Assembly: GCA_001683985.1 (NCBI GenBank)
Contig: MAEO01000229.1
Coordinates: 45,573 to 109,572, forward strand
From: Smithella sp. M82
GTDB taxonomy: Bacteria > Desulfobacterota > Syntrophia > Syntrophales > Smithellaceae
Reading direction: 5' to 3'
Length of the DNA stretch: 64,000 bases
Both the position numbers and the translations under genes were made by a program. Below the pieces are notes generated by a model. It did no database searches, was not told where the DNA came from, and saw only the letters and a list, made by a program, of their open reading frames with translations. Positions 1 to 11,387 of this stretch are shown here, piece after piece. Position 1 is the stretch's first letter, and each line of letters starts with the position of its first letter.

Positions 1-201
1 CGAAGCGGAGCGAGAAATCTTGCTTTTTATAATATCAGTATCTTAAGATTCCTTACCCCGACACCCTGCATACCCGGTATACGCCGGGCGGACTGCCGGG
101 GTCTCCTGCCGGGCAAGTGCGTGGGAATTCGGAATGACATTCTTTGTTATTATGACACAGTCTCTTGAACGAGATGACTAATAAACTTTATTGATGGTCT
201 A

Positions 202-1368
202 ATGCGCAAAATTATTAATCGTTATATATTCAAAGAAATTGCCTTTCCTTTCATAATTATTTTATTCGTTCTGACCTTTGTCTTGCTGATGGGAAAAATT
301 CTGCAAATTATGGATCTGATAATCAATAAAGGGGTCAGCGTTTTTTCCATAGCAAAAATTATTATTTTTCTGTTGCCTTCATTCATGCTGTTCACTATAC
401 CGATTGCCCTGTTAATCGCCATTCTCATCGCCATGGGCAGGCTCTCTGCCGACAATGAAATAACTGCATTTAAAAATGCGGGACTCAGCCTGATGCAACT
501 ATATTATCCCGTCGCCGTTGCATCATTGATTACCTTCGTACTGACCATTTTTACAAGTTACTTTCTTGTCCCGCAAAGCAATTTCGCCGCTAAACGTCTG
601 CTTTTCAACATTGCCCGACAAAATGCCGGTATCGGTATAAAAGAAAAAGTCTTTAACGCAGATTTTAAGGACTTTCTCATTTACGCAGAAAGAATTCCTG
701 TAAATAAGGATTATCTGGAAGGCGTTATTGTTTCGGATAACCGCATGATCGGCGAACAAAATACCATTCTGTCCCAAAAGGCGTATCTCATTTCCGATCC
801 GGACTCAATGACCGTAAAACTCAGGCTGGAAAATGGTTCTATTCATACAGTAAGTGCGGATTTAAAGCGTTACCGTAAAATTGATTTTAAGAGTTATGAT
901 ATTAATCTTGATTTATCCACTGCTTTGGCAAATTTAGATAAAGCCTCCAAATCAAGCACCGAAATGACTATGACCGAACTTTGGGAAAGAATGAAAAAAC
1001 CGGGTTTGGATAAGGCTGCCGTGCGTGAACTGGCCATTGAAATGCACAAGAAATTTTCCATACCTCTTTCCTGTATTTTTTTCGGACTGCTGGCTCTGCC
1101 TCTGGGAATAAGAAGCCACCGCTCCGTAAAATCAAAGGGATTTACCGTGGGATTTATTGTTGTCTCTTTGTATTACTTATTACGCATCGGCGGCGAAGCG
1201 TTGGTGGAAACAGGTTATCTTCCACCGGAAATCGGTGTCTGGATGCCGAATTTTTTATTTGCTTTCGCCGGCATTATTCTTCTTTACACGGCTAACAAAG
1301 AAATTTCCATAATCCCTGATATAAATTTTATCAGGAAAAACAGATACAGAAATAATCGAGGCTTCTAA
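202..1368 (+). CDS. lptF: LPS export ABC transporter permease LptF (YjgP/YjgQ family)
   Basis: 388-aa multi-pass membrane ORF with a large soluble loop between N-terminal and C-terminal TM bundles. A paralogous permease follows after a 1-nt gap, which is the classic lptF-lptG pair. Confidence 0.8.
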   Translation: MRKIINRYIFKEIAFPFIIILFVLTFVLLMGKILQIMDLIINKGVSVFSIAKIIIFLLPSFMLFTIPIALLIAILIAMGRLSADNEITAFKNAGLSLMQLYYPVAVASLITFVLTIFTSYFLVPQSNFAAKRLLFNIARQNAGIGIKEKVFNADFKDFLIYAERIPVNKDYLEGVIVSDNRMIGEQNTILSQKAYLISDPDSMTVKLRLENGSIHTVSADLKRYRKIDFKSYDINLDLSTALANLDKASKSSTEMTMTELWERMKKPGLDKAAVRELAIEMHKKFSIPLSCIFFGLLALPLGIRSHRSVKSKGFTVGFIVVSLYYLLRIGGEALVETGYLPPEIGVWMPNFLFAFAGIILLYTANKEISIIPDINFIRKNRYRNNRGF

Positions 1369-1369
1369 A

Positions 1370-2449
1370 TTGAGAATTTTAGATAAATATATCCTCAGGG
1401 AATTTTCAAGATTTTTTATTATTACGTTCTTGTCCTTCATCGCGCTCTTTTTAATTGTGGATTTCTTCGAAAAAATAAGAATGTTTCTCAGTAACAATGC
1501 ATCCGCTTTACAGATAATATCATATTTTATTTTTTCTGTTCCGATGGTCATATCTTATATTCTGCCGCCGGCAATTCTTCTGACAACATTGATGACATTC
1601 GGTTCACTTTCCAAATTTCATGAAATTACGGCCATGAAAGCCAATGGGATAAACATATATCGTATTGCGTTACCGGTAATCATTTTCGCAGCAGCAGCAG
1701 CAGTTTTTTTGTTTTACTTCAGCGAATTAATAACACCGGCATCGATACAAAAGACCGAACATATTATTAAAATTGATGTACAAAAACAAAAGACTCTCGG
1801 CTTCTTCAAGCAAAATGAAATCTGGTATCACGGAGAAAACGCAATTTATAATTTCAAAATGTTTGACGTAGACAAAAATATCTTGCGAGGGATAACCATC
1901 AATTATTTAAACCCCGATTTTTCATTGATGAGTCGTATTGACGCCCGGCAAGCTGAATGGAAAAACGACAAATGGGTTTTCTATAACTTGCTTATTACGC
2001 GTTTCGATGCTGCGAACAATCCGGTTCTGGAATGGTCCAAAGAAAAAGTAATAAACATACCTGAGAAACCGAATGATTTTAAAGTAATGCAAAAAGACGC
2101 GGAAAAGATGGGCTACTTTGAATTAAGAAAATACGTTAAGAAGATACAATCCGAAGGATATGACGTAACTAAATATCTTGTTGAACTGCAGGGAAAGATT
2201 GCTTTCCCGCTGGTGACATTGATTATGATTTTTATTGCCGTACCGTTTTCGGTGCGCTCGGAACGGAGCGGTGGAGTCCTGCAAAGCGCCGGAATAGCTA
2301 TTTTTATAGGATTTTCCTACTGGATAGTCCATGCCTTCAGCATGTCTCTGGGCAGGTCGGAAGTAATACCGGTATTTCTTGCAGCATGGGGTGCAAATAT
2401 ATTATTTGGCTTTGCAGCTGCCGTTCTTTTTTATAAAGTCCACACTTAA
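1370..2449 (+). CDS. lptG: LPS export ABC transporter permease LptG
   Basis: 359-aa paralogue of the preceding ORF with the same TM/loop/TM architecture (YjgP/YjgQ family), tightly coupled to lptF. Confidence 0.8.
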   Translation: MRILDKYILREFSRFFIITFLSFIALFLIVDFFEKIRMFLSNNASALQIISYFIFSVPMVISYILPPAILLTTLMTFGSLSKFHEITAMKANGINIYRIALPVIIFAAAAAVFLFYFSELITPASIQKTEHIIKIDVQKQKTLGFFKQNEIWYHGENAIYNFKMFDVDKNILRGITINYLNPDFSLMSRIDARQAEWKNDKWVFYNLLITRFDAANNPVLEWSKEKVINIPEKPNDFKVMQKDAEKMGYFELRKYVKKIQSEGYDVTKYLVELQGKIAFPLVTLIMIFIAVPFSVRSERSGGVLQSAGIAIFIGFSYWIVHAFSMSLGRSEVIPVFLAAWGANILFGFAAAVLFYKVHT

Positions 2450-2456
2450 AATATTA

Positions 2457-3893
<1,437 letters not shown>

Positions 3894-4069
3894 TTAGTTT
3901 TCAGTCAGACATTTGATAGCAGCGTAATTAACACATCTGACCGCTTGAGTCTATTGTTTTATTAACAAGGCAAGATTGATTTAAAAATGAAGTTAAACGG
4001 CCAACATTTGCACATTCCCGGAAATAACATAAATCATTCCGGTCTATTTAATTACTTTAATTTTGCAGC

Positions 4070-4426
4070 TTAATGAATTTTCTTTACTTTATTCTTATTA
4101 TCAACGAATACGCACTTCGGTTTCCAGTTTTGAACTTCTTTATCGTCGGCAAGCGCATAACAGGCAATGATGATCAAATCTCCTTTGGCCACTTTACGGG
4201 CGGCAGCGCCATTGAGACAAATTGTTCCGGAATTACGTTTACATTTGATGGCATAAGTCGAAAATCTCTCGCCATTATCAACATCGTATATTTCAACTTT
4301 TTCATAAGGCGCTATTGACGCTTCTTCCATGAGTTTTTCATCAATGGAAATACTGCCTTCATAGTGTAAATCGGCGTCTGTAACTGTTGCACGGTGGATT
4401 TTCGATTTCAACATGAATCTTTGCAT
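4070..4426 (-). CDS. panD: aspartate 1-decarboxylase proenzyme
   Basis: 118 aa. The N-terminus is [25 protein letters not shown], which includes the Gly-Ser self-cleavage site. Confidence 0.95.
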   Translation of the reverse strand: MQRFMLKSKIHRATVTDADLHYEGSISIDEKLMEEASIAPYEKVEIYDVDNGERFSTYAIKCKRNSGTICLNGAAARKVAKGDLIIIACYALADDKEVQNWKPKCVFVDNKNKVKKIH

Positions 4427-4455
4427 TGTATGAATTTCTCCTTCGGGGTTAAAAA

Positions 4456-5313
4456 TTATACTTTTAGCATTTCGCCAAGGACGTGATTATCAATAAGTCT
4501 TGTCGCGCCTACATTTACAGCCAGCGCTATGACCGACTGACTCTTGATTTGTTCAACGTCCTTAAGCGTTTTTGTGCTGCATATTTTAATATAATCAATT
4601 GCTGTGTAAGGAGCGCTCTTAATCATCTTTTCTACTTTGCCGATAATTACCGATGATTTTCTTTCTCCACCGGAATAAAGTTTTTGAGCTAAATTGAGAG
4701 ATTTGAATAAAGTCAGAGCTGACGGTCTTTCGTTCTTCTGAAGGTATTTATTACGTGAACTCATTGCCAATCCGTCAGATTCACGCATTGTGGGAATGCC
4801 TATTATTTGCAGATCCATGTTGAGATCATCTGCCATGCGTTTTATGGTTATAAATTGCTGAAAATCCTTTTTACCGAAAACCGCAATATGCGGTTTGACG
4901 ATATTAAATAATTTACAACATACTGTTGTTACACCGCGAAAATGACCGGGACGTGATATTCCGCATAAATTTTGAGTTACCTTTTCCACTTCAACATAAG
5001 TCTGGTAGCCGGCGGGATACATTTCTTTATTGGAAGGATAAAAAATTACATCTACATCCACACTCTCCGCCATTTTTAGATCCCGGTCAAAATCACGGGG
5101 ATATTTGGAAAAATCTTCTTTCGGACCGAATTGCGCCGGGTTTACGTAAATACTTACAATCACGTCATCAGCCATCTTTTTTGCTTCCTTCATCAGGCAA
5201 AGATGACCTTCATGAAAATATCCCATGGTGGGAACGAATGCTATCTTTTTTCCCTGTCTTCTAAGACTTTCGGAATAAGATTGCATTTTTTTTGCCGATT
5301 CAATAACTTTCAT
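4456..5313 (-). CDS. panC: pantoate--beta-alanine ligase
   Basis: It carries the [10 protein letters not shown] (HxGH) nucleotidyltransferase motif. I place the start at the internal MKVIES (5313) rather than the ORF-track start (5400), because that matches the usual PanC N-terminus. Confidence 0.9.
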   Translation of the reverse strand: MKVIESAKKMQSYSESLRRQGKKIAFVPTMGYFHEGHLCLMKEAKKMADDVIVSIYVNPAQFGPKEDFSKYPRDFDRDLKMAESVDVDVIFYPSNKEMYPAGYQTYVEVEKVTQNLCGISRPGHFRGVTTVCCKLFNIVKPHIAVFGKKDFQQFITIKRMADDLNMDLQIIGIPTMRESDGLAMSSRNKYLQKNERPSALTLFKSLNLAQKLYSGGERKSSVIIGKVEKMIKSAPYTAIDYIKICSTKTLKDVEQIKSQSVIALAVNVGATRLIDNHVLGEMLKV

Positions 5314-5599
5314 CTTTTTGCAATAAAAAAGCCTTTCGTCGCAAAACGAAAGGCTGGTAAATTTTATATCTTCCTTTCGTCCCGGTCCTTGCGGATCCAA
5401 GCGAATGTGAATTTTTTAATAAAACTTTACTTTTTTGTCAAGCAAATAAATTTATATATTGTATATTATGTGTATAAACTCTTAATTTGCTTAAATTATT
5501 AGCGCCTGTTCCGGTACTGGTTTTTCAGCAAATTTAATTTTTCAACTCCTCAAGCCTGACCGTATTTACATCATCTGCCAAATACTTATCAGATCTATT

Positions 5600-7276
5600 T
5601 TAGGGAATTCTCAATATCTGGCCAATATAGATTTTATTTGTTTTCAGGTTATTTAATTCCTTTATTTGAAAAGGCGAACTTTCAAAACGGCCTGCAATCA
5701 TTGAAAGCGTATCTCCTCCCCTGACTTTGTATTTACTTGAAAATGTTTTTGCCTGATGCTGTTTTTTATTATTTCTACTTGCATAGTTCTTTCCTTTTAC
5801 CGGAATTGTAAGTCTTTTCCCCTGAATCAACATTCTTTTAGAACCTAATCTGTTATGAGATAATATCTGGGAAACAGAAACATGATACTTTCTGGCAATC
5901 GAATAAAGAGTTTCGCCCCTTTTTATACGATGTTTTATATAAAGAGTTTCGCCCCTTTTTATACGATGTTTTATATAAGCCGTACGAACAGAACACAGTT
6001 GCGGTTTTTCACTGGTTGGAATATCGTTGGCCACCAGATTAAACTTATCCACATATTCTTCTGGAAGCTTTAAATCATACTCACGATCAGGAGTCATCTT
6101 TTGCCTTAACTCCGAATTGAGCAGGCAAAGTTCTTCTTCAGATACTCCGGTCTTTTCGGCAATATCTTTCAGTTTCATTATTTTGTTAACTTTAACCGTT
6201 TCAAAGTTAATCGGTTTTTCTGTATTATCCAAATTAAACCCGTACTTTTGCGGGTCTTTAACTATATGCAATGTGGCCAATAATCTTGGCACATAACGGG
6301 CCGTTTCGTTCGGCAACTGCCTGTAAAGATCCCAGAAACCATCAAGATAATCTATCTTCTGCCTGGATATAACTCTAAGGACCCGACCCTCTCCGCAATT
6401 GTACGCAGCTAATACAGTCAACCAGTCACCAAACATATTGTGCAATTCTTTTAAATACGCAATTGCCGCCTGAGTTGATTTATGCACATCCATACGTTCA
6501 TCAATCCACTCATCACGGCTGAGGCCGAATTTATATCCTGTCGACGGAATGAATTGCCACAAACCAAGCGCTCGTGCTCGGGAGTAGGCGTTAATTTTAA
6601 AGAAACTTTCCACAAGAGGAAGCCAGAAGAATTCTTCCGGGATTCCTGCTTTTCTCAAAGCTTTCACAATAACAGGACGATACAAACCGGAACGTTGATA
6701 AGCCGCTATAAAATTTTCACGCTCCGGACCCTGAAATAAACAGATTTCTTTTTCTATGTCGGCATTCATAACTAACGGTATTTCACTATTCTTTCCTTTA
6801 ATGACCATTTGTTTGGAAGAATAAACCGCTAAAATGCGCTTGGATATTAAAAGCCGCAAATCATCTTTTTCCTGCGCAATTGCAGTGTCGCCATTTACAT
6901 CAATAAGTAATGAATATGCTTCATCCAATGTATCCAACGTTTTTTCAAAATCACCGTTTTTCGATAATTTATCAGCAGTTTCCAACAGTTCTAATGCTTT
7001 TTCCATTATGTCTTGTTTTTCTTCGCTAACTCCGTTTGGCTGTAACGAATTATCACTGGAATTAAAATTGAAAAAACTGCTGTCTTCCTTTTTAGGATTA
7101 ACTTCATTTGCGGAAGGATTTTCTTTTTTTATCGTTTGTTTCGTAACTTCGGCGGCAGCGATAAGAACCGGTTTCACGTTATTCGCTATATTCTGAGCAT
7201 AACTAAAGAAAGGAAACGCAAATATAAAACTAAATATAATAATATAAGCAACATAGTTGTCTTTGATTTTTATCAT
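5600..7276 (-). CDS. membrane-bound lytic murein transglycosylase with C-terminal LysM domains (MltD-like)
   Basis: N-terminal signal/TM segment, an SLT domain (ES...GLWQFIPSTG) and at least two LysM repeats at the C-terminus. It contains an in-frame 36-bp tandem duplication (see findings). Confidence 0.85.
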   Translation of the reverse strand: MIKIKDNYVAYIIIFSFIFAFPFFSYAQNIANNVKPVLIAAAEVTKQTIKKENPSANEVNPKKEDSSFFNFNSSDNSLQPNGVSEEKQDIMEKALELLETADKLSKNGDFEKTLDTLDEAYSLLIDVNGDTAIAQEKDDLRLLISKRILAVYSSKQMVIKGKNSEIPLVMNADIEKEICLFQGPERENFIAAYQRSGLYRPVIVKALRKAGIPEEFFWLPLVESFFKINAYSRARALGLWQFIPSTGYKFGLSRDEWIDERMDVHKSTQAAIAYLKELHNMFGDWLTVLAAYNCGEGRVLRVISRQKIDYLDGFWDLYRQLPNETARYVPRLLATLHIVKDPQKYGFNLDNTEKPINFETVKVNKIMKLKDIAEKTGVSEEELCLLNSELRQKMTPDREYDLKLPEEYVDKFNLVANDIPTSEKPQLCSVRTAYIKHRIKRGETLYIKHRIKRGETLYSIARKYHVSVSQILSHNRLGSKRMLIQGKRLTIPVKGKNYASRNNKKQHQAKTFSSKYKVRGGDTLSMIAGRFESSPFQIKELNNLKTNKIYIGQILRIP

Positions 7277-7458
7277 AAGGACAGCTCCTTCGTTGTTTAA
7301 AATATTTGGCAGTAGAATTTTTATTCATCACATCAATGATCATTTTACCCATAGTGTTTTACTCTATAGCACAATTTTCGTTTTTTCCAAAATGAATTTA
7401 CTTATGCTCATCATTTTGGTGCAAATTAATTTTATTTTCATGACAATGTCATTTCCGG

Positions 7459-8572
7459 TTACGATAAATTTTTGACACTCATGAGATACGCATGAATAAA
7501 TTCATCAATATCGCCATCAAGCACCTTACTTGCGTTACTGTTTTCCAGATTTGTCCGGTGATCTTTTACCATTTTATAAGGATGCAGAACATAGGATCTG
7601 ATCTGGCTTCCCCAAGCAATGTCTTTCTTCAATTTATTATCTTCTTCAATTTTCTGATTTTTCAGCTGTAGTTCTTTCTCGTATAGTCTCGATTTCAAAA
7701 ATTTCATGGCCATTGCTTTATTTTGATATTGAGAACGTTCGTTTTGACATTGAACGACTATTCCCGTGGGCAAGTGCGTAATTCTAACGGCCGAATCGGT
7801 TTTATTGACATGCTGACCGCCTTTACCGCCGGCACGAAAAGTATCAATACGCAGATCATCATCATTTATTTCAATCTTTATCTCATCATCAACTTCGGGA
7901 TAAACAAAAACCGATGCAAACGATGTATGACGACGAGCGCCGGCATCAAAGGGAGAAATACGAACCAGGCGATGAATACCGCTTTCCGCTTTGGCATAGC
8001 CGTATGCATAATCACCTTCCAATGTAAATGACACACTCTTGATTCCTGCTTCATCTCCGGGAAGCGAGTCAATTATTTTCGTAACAAATTTTTTCTTTTC
8101 CGCCCAGCGCAAATACATGCGCAATAACATTTCCACCCAATCCTGCGCCTCTGTTCCGCCTGCTCCGGCATGTATAGATATAATGGCGTTCATAGAATCC
8201 TGTTCGCCATTAAGCATCATTTTAAGTTCTTCCTGAGAAACGGAAATATTCAATTCTTTTAATTCATCGGTCAGATCCTGCAAAACATGGTCGTCTTTTT
8301 CCTGCAGGGCAATGCCTGCGAGATTATCAATATCGTTTATCTCATTATTGAACTTTTCCCATCTCTCCAATGATTCCGTCAACTTTGTTTTTTTTTGAAG
8401 AACATCACGAGCTTTCTCCTGATCATTCCAGAAATCCTGTCTCAGGGATAACCCTTCCAGATCTTTTATTTTTAGTTTTAACTCGGGAATGTCAAAGACA
8501 TTCTCCTATGTGTTTTATTCTTCTTTTTAAATCGTTAATTGTTTCTTGTATATTTATATTTTCCATCGCCAT
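7459..8572 (-). CDS. prfB: peptide chain release factor 2, expressed through a programmed +1 frameshift
   Basis: SPF and GGQ motifs sit in the large ORF 7459..8382. A 26-codon upstream ORF (MAMENINIQETINDLKRRIKHIGECL) starts at 8572 and ends in CTT TGA C (8497..8491). An AGGAG lies a few nt upstream. Shifting +1 reads straight into the main frame (LDIPELKLKIKDLEG...). Confidence 0.9.
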
Positions 8573-10130
8573 TTTTTGCCCTCCACTTTAAACTTATCAG
8601 AAAATAAAAAATAATTAATATAAAACAGGCAACAACCAGAATATCCCCGTATATCGCATAAAAAGCAGGTATATTGACAAATTTTACGCGACCTTTCAAA
8701 GCTTCCTGTTTAAAAATATCGGTTTCTGCAATTACCTTACCACAAGGATCAACAATGCCCGAAATTCCGGTATTGGCTGCCCTTACCAGATAAAGCCTGG
8801 TTTCCACTGCCCTGAAAATCGCCATGGAGAAATGTTGAAACGGAGCGGAAGTTGATCCGAACCAGGCATCATTGGTAATATTGACCAGTAATTCGGCTGA
8901 TCTGTTTTTATACATTCTGGCGGCAAAAGGCAATATACCTTCATAGCAAATCAAAACACCTATTTTCTTATCACCCATAGATAAAGGATAATATCCGTTT
9001 CCTGTGCCGAAATCACCGATCCCTGCTGTAAATCCCTCAACAAACGGCATAAATTTTCTAAGCGGTACATATTCGCCGTAGGGAACAAGATGAACCTTAT
9101 CATACTTTCCGGCAATCTCACCATTAGGAGATAATAAATATGCGCTATTGAAAAATTGATCATCGTAAGAAGAATAACTTATGGAACCGAACAGTAACCA
9201 GTTTTCAGTTTTTAAAGATAAATTTATTATCCGATCATGAAAACTATTTTTTTCCTGAAAGTTAAAAGGGACTGCCGTCTCCGGCCAGACGATCAGATTT
9301 CCCTTCACCGGTGAATTTATCAGGGAAAGCCGTTCATAAGTATTTATTGTCTCTCTTTGATATTTTTCATTCCATTTTATAGACTGATCAATATTACCCT
9401 GTATTAATGATACTTCCATGCCTGATGAATTCCGCACAGATTTATCAACCTGATCCAAACGAAAAATACCATAAATAAAAACTGTGGCCAAAATTATAGA
9501 AACTACAGCGGCCAAAACATATTCTTTGGCCGATCTTTTGCCGATAATTTCAAATATGGTCGCGTTAACTAATACTATTAAAAAAGATAAGCCAAAAACA
9601 CCGGCAATATCGGCAAACTGAATAAAATATATGTTCGAATACTGGGAGTAACCAAGATTCTCCCATGGAAATCCGGTAAACAACGCCGATTTAATATATT
9701 CCAGACAAACCCACAAAACCGGCGCAGTCAAATAAAGTGGAATTCTTTCCCCAAAATATATAATGCAACCGGCAAACAACGAAATATAAGCGCTTAGATA
9801 ACAGGCCAGAAGGAGCATTAGAACAATGCCCACATACAAAGGCAAACAACCGTAATTGACAATTACAAACGTTATCCAATAGATTATTCCTATATGCCCG
9901 ACCAATCCGGTAATAAATCCCAGAAGCAAACCCTGAGCAACAGTATTGGCCTTCCTCAGAGCAAAGAACAGGGGAATGAGCGCTGTCCAGGCAATAAAGC
10001 CGAACCCATACTTGGGAAAAGATAAGAACAATAAAAGACCGCTCAACACGGCTAAAAAAATAGCATCTACCGCCAATTCTGCTCTGACGTTTAACTGAAA
10101 ATCATTTTTTTTGATGGACTTATTTTTCAT
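8535..10130 (-). CDS. lnt: apolipoprotein N-acyltransferase
   Basis: 531 aa with an N-terminal polytopic membrane domain and a C-terminal CN-hydrolase domain. Catalytic E/K/C contexts are WPETA, YDKVHLVPYGEY and LICYE. The 3' end overlaps the prfB start by 38 nt. Confidence 0.9.
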   Translation of the reverse strand: MKNKSIKKNDFQLNVRAELAVDAIFLAVLSGLLLFLSFPKYGFGFIAWTALIPLFFALRKANTVAQGLLLGFITGLVGHIGIIYWITFVIVNYGCLPLYVGIVLMLLLACYLSAYISLFAGCIIYFGERIPLYLTAPVLWVCLEYIKSALFTGFPWENLGYSQYSNIYFIQFADIAGVFGLSFLIVLVNATIFEIIGKRSAKEYVLAAVVSIILATVFIYGIFRLDQVDKSVRNSSGMEVSLIQGNIDQSIKWNEKYQRETINTYERLSLINSPVKGNLIVWPETAVPFNFQEKNSFHDRIINLSLKTENWLLFGSISYSSYDDQFFNSAYLLSPNGEIAGKYDKVHLVPYGEYVPLRKFMPFVEGFTAGIGDFGTGNGYYPLSMGDKKIGVLICYEGILPFAARMYKNRSAELLVNITNDAWFGSTSAPFQHFSMAIFRAVETRLYLVRAANTGISGIVDPCGKVIAETDIFKQEALKGRVKFVNIPAFYAIYGDILVVACFILIIFYFLISLKWRAKNGDGKYKYTRNN

Positions 10131-10953
10131 TAAGATTATTTGTTTTTAGTTTTTTAATTCTTACTTTTTTTATACTGCGTTCATCCGCATTTTCGATGGT
10201 AACTTCCAGCCCTTCAATCTGGAATTTTTCTCCGGATAACGGAATTCTCTTGACCGAATTTAATATCAAGCCGCCCAACGTCTCATATTTATCTTTTTTC
10301 AAGCTGATATTTAAATGCTCTTCAACATTTTCAATTTCCATTCGTCCATCGAAGATTACCGAACCATCAGGCAATTGTAAAATTCCATCACCTATATTTG
10401 TCGTTTCATGTTCATCACGAAGTTCACCGACAATTTCTTCGAGCAGGTCTTCCAGAGTTATCAAGCCGGCTGTTCCACCATATTCATCAATGACAATAGC
10501 CATTTTCTTCTTGTTTTCTTTCAATTCGTAAAACAATAAATGGGTGTTTTTTGTTTCGGGTATGTAATACGGGGTGTTCAGGCACGCCAACAAATCATCT
10601 TTAGTGATTTGTTTTGACCAGAACTTGAGAATATCTTTGACATTCAGGATGCCGACAATATTGTCAATGGTTCCACGATAAACCGGAATACGCGTGTGCC
10701 TCGACTCGATTACTTCATTAACAATTTCGTCAATCGTTGCCTCAGTGCTAACAGCCGCAATTTCCGTACGCGGAATCATAATTTCACGAACTAAAGTATG
10801 CGTAAACTTCAGAATGCCTTCTATCATCTCCCGCGAAGATGGATCCAGCAGACCGCTTTTTTGTGCTTTATACAACGCGGAATCGATTCTGCTTTTAATA
10901 TACTTTTCGTCGCGCCAGAAAAAAAGCTTGAGAATATTTTTCGTAATATTCAA
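10120..10953 (-). CDS. corC: CBS-pair plus CorC_HlyC domain protein (CorC/YbeX-like Mg/Co efflux accessory protein)
   Basis: 277 aa with tandem CBS regions and the C-terminal transporter-associated domain. The corC-lnt order matches the enterobacterial ybeX-lnt arrangement. Confidence 0.8.
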   Translation of the reverse strand: MNITKNILKLFFWRDEKYIKSRIDSALYKAQKSGLLDPSSREMIEGILKFTHTLVREIMIPRTEIAAVSTEATIDEIVNEVIESRHTRIPVYRGTIDNIVGILNVKDILKFWSKQITKDDLLACLNTPYYIPETKNTHLLFYELKENKKKMAIVIDEYGGTAGLITLEDLLEEIVGELRDEHETTNIGDGILQLPDGSVIFDGRMEIENVEEHLNISLKKDKYETLGGLILNSVKRIPLSGEKFQIEGLEVTIENADERSIKKVRIKKLKTNNLNEK

Positions 10954-11121
10954 AAATACTTCTCCATGAATTATAAACCGCGTAATTTATTGTTAATTTA
11001 TATCAGAGCTTAAAACAAAAAAGCAAGTTTTAAACAAATCAGGCAGTTGGTCAGAGTTTCATTAACATTTGTATCTGGCAAACAAAAAGGGAGTCTCTTA
11101 GGCAGACTCCCTTGGATTTTC

Positions 11122-11198
11122 TGGCGGGGCCGATGGGACTTGAACCCACGCCCTCCGGCGTGACAGGCCGGCGTTATAACCAACTTAACTACGACCCC
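11122..11198 (-). tRNA. tRNA-Asp (GTC)
   Basis: Reverse complement GGGGTCGTAGTTAAGTTGG...CCTGTCACG...GGTTCAAGTCCCATCGGCCCCGCCA. It folds as a cloverleaf with 7-bp acceptor stem, anticodon loop CTGTCAC and an encoded CCA. Confidence 0.93.
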
Positions 11199-11234
11199 GA
11201 AAAATCATTCTTTCAATAATTAATTCAGCATTAA

Positions 11235-11310
11235 TGGTAGGCGGGACAGGGATCGAACCTGTGACATCCACGGTGTAAGCGTGGCGCTCTCCCGGCTGAG
11301 CTACCCGCCC
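11235..11310 (-). tRNA. tRNA-Val (TAC)
   Basis: Reverse complement GGGCGGGTAGCTCAGCCGGGAGAGC...CTTACAC...GGTTCGATCCCTGTCCCGCCTACCA, with anticodon stem CCACG/CGTGG. Confidence 0.92.
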
Positions 11311-11387
11311 CTAAGCCATCAAAAACGCTGTGTGGCTTCTAGCAACAATGAATTTCCTTGTCAAGCGATAAAAGCACGAAAAAACAT

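Noticed and set aside
1-200. GC-rich structured patch (CCCCG...CCCGGTATACGCCGGG...CGGGG) followed by TTATGACACAGTCTC, at the window edge
   Set aside because: It may be part of a repeat or REP-like element upstream of lptF. It is truncated by the window boundary, and I could find no second copy in the window, so there is too little to call.
8388-8396. A9/T9 homopolymer inside prfB as a second recoding or phase-variation site
   Set aside because: The reading frame is continuous across it (LQKKTKLTES) and matches the RF2 N-domain context. There is no evidence of a shift.
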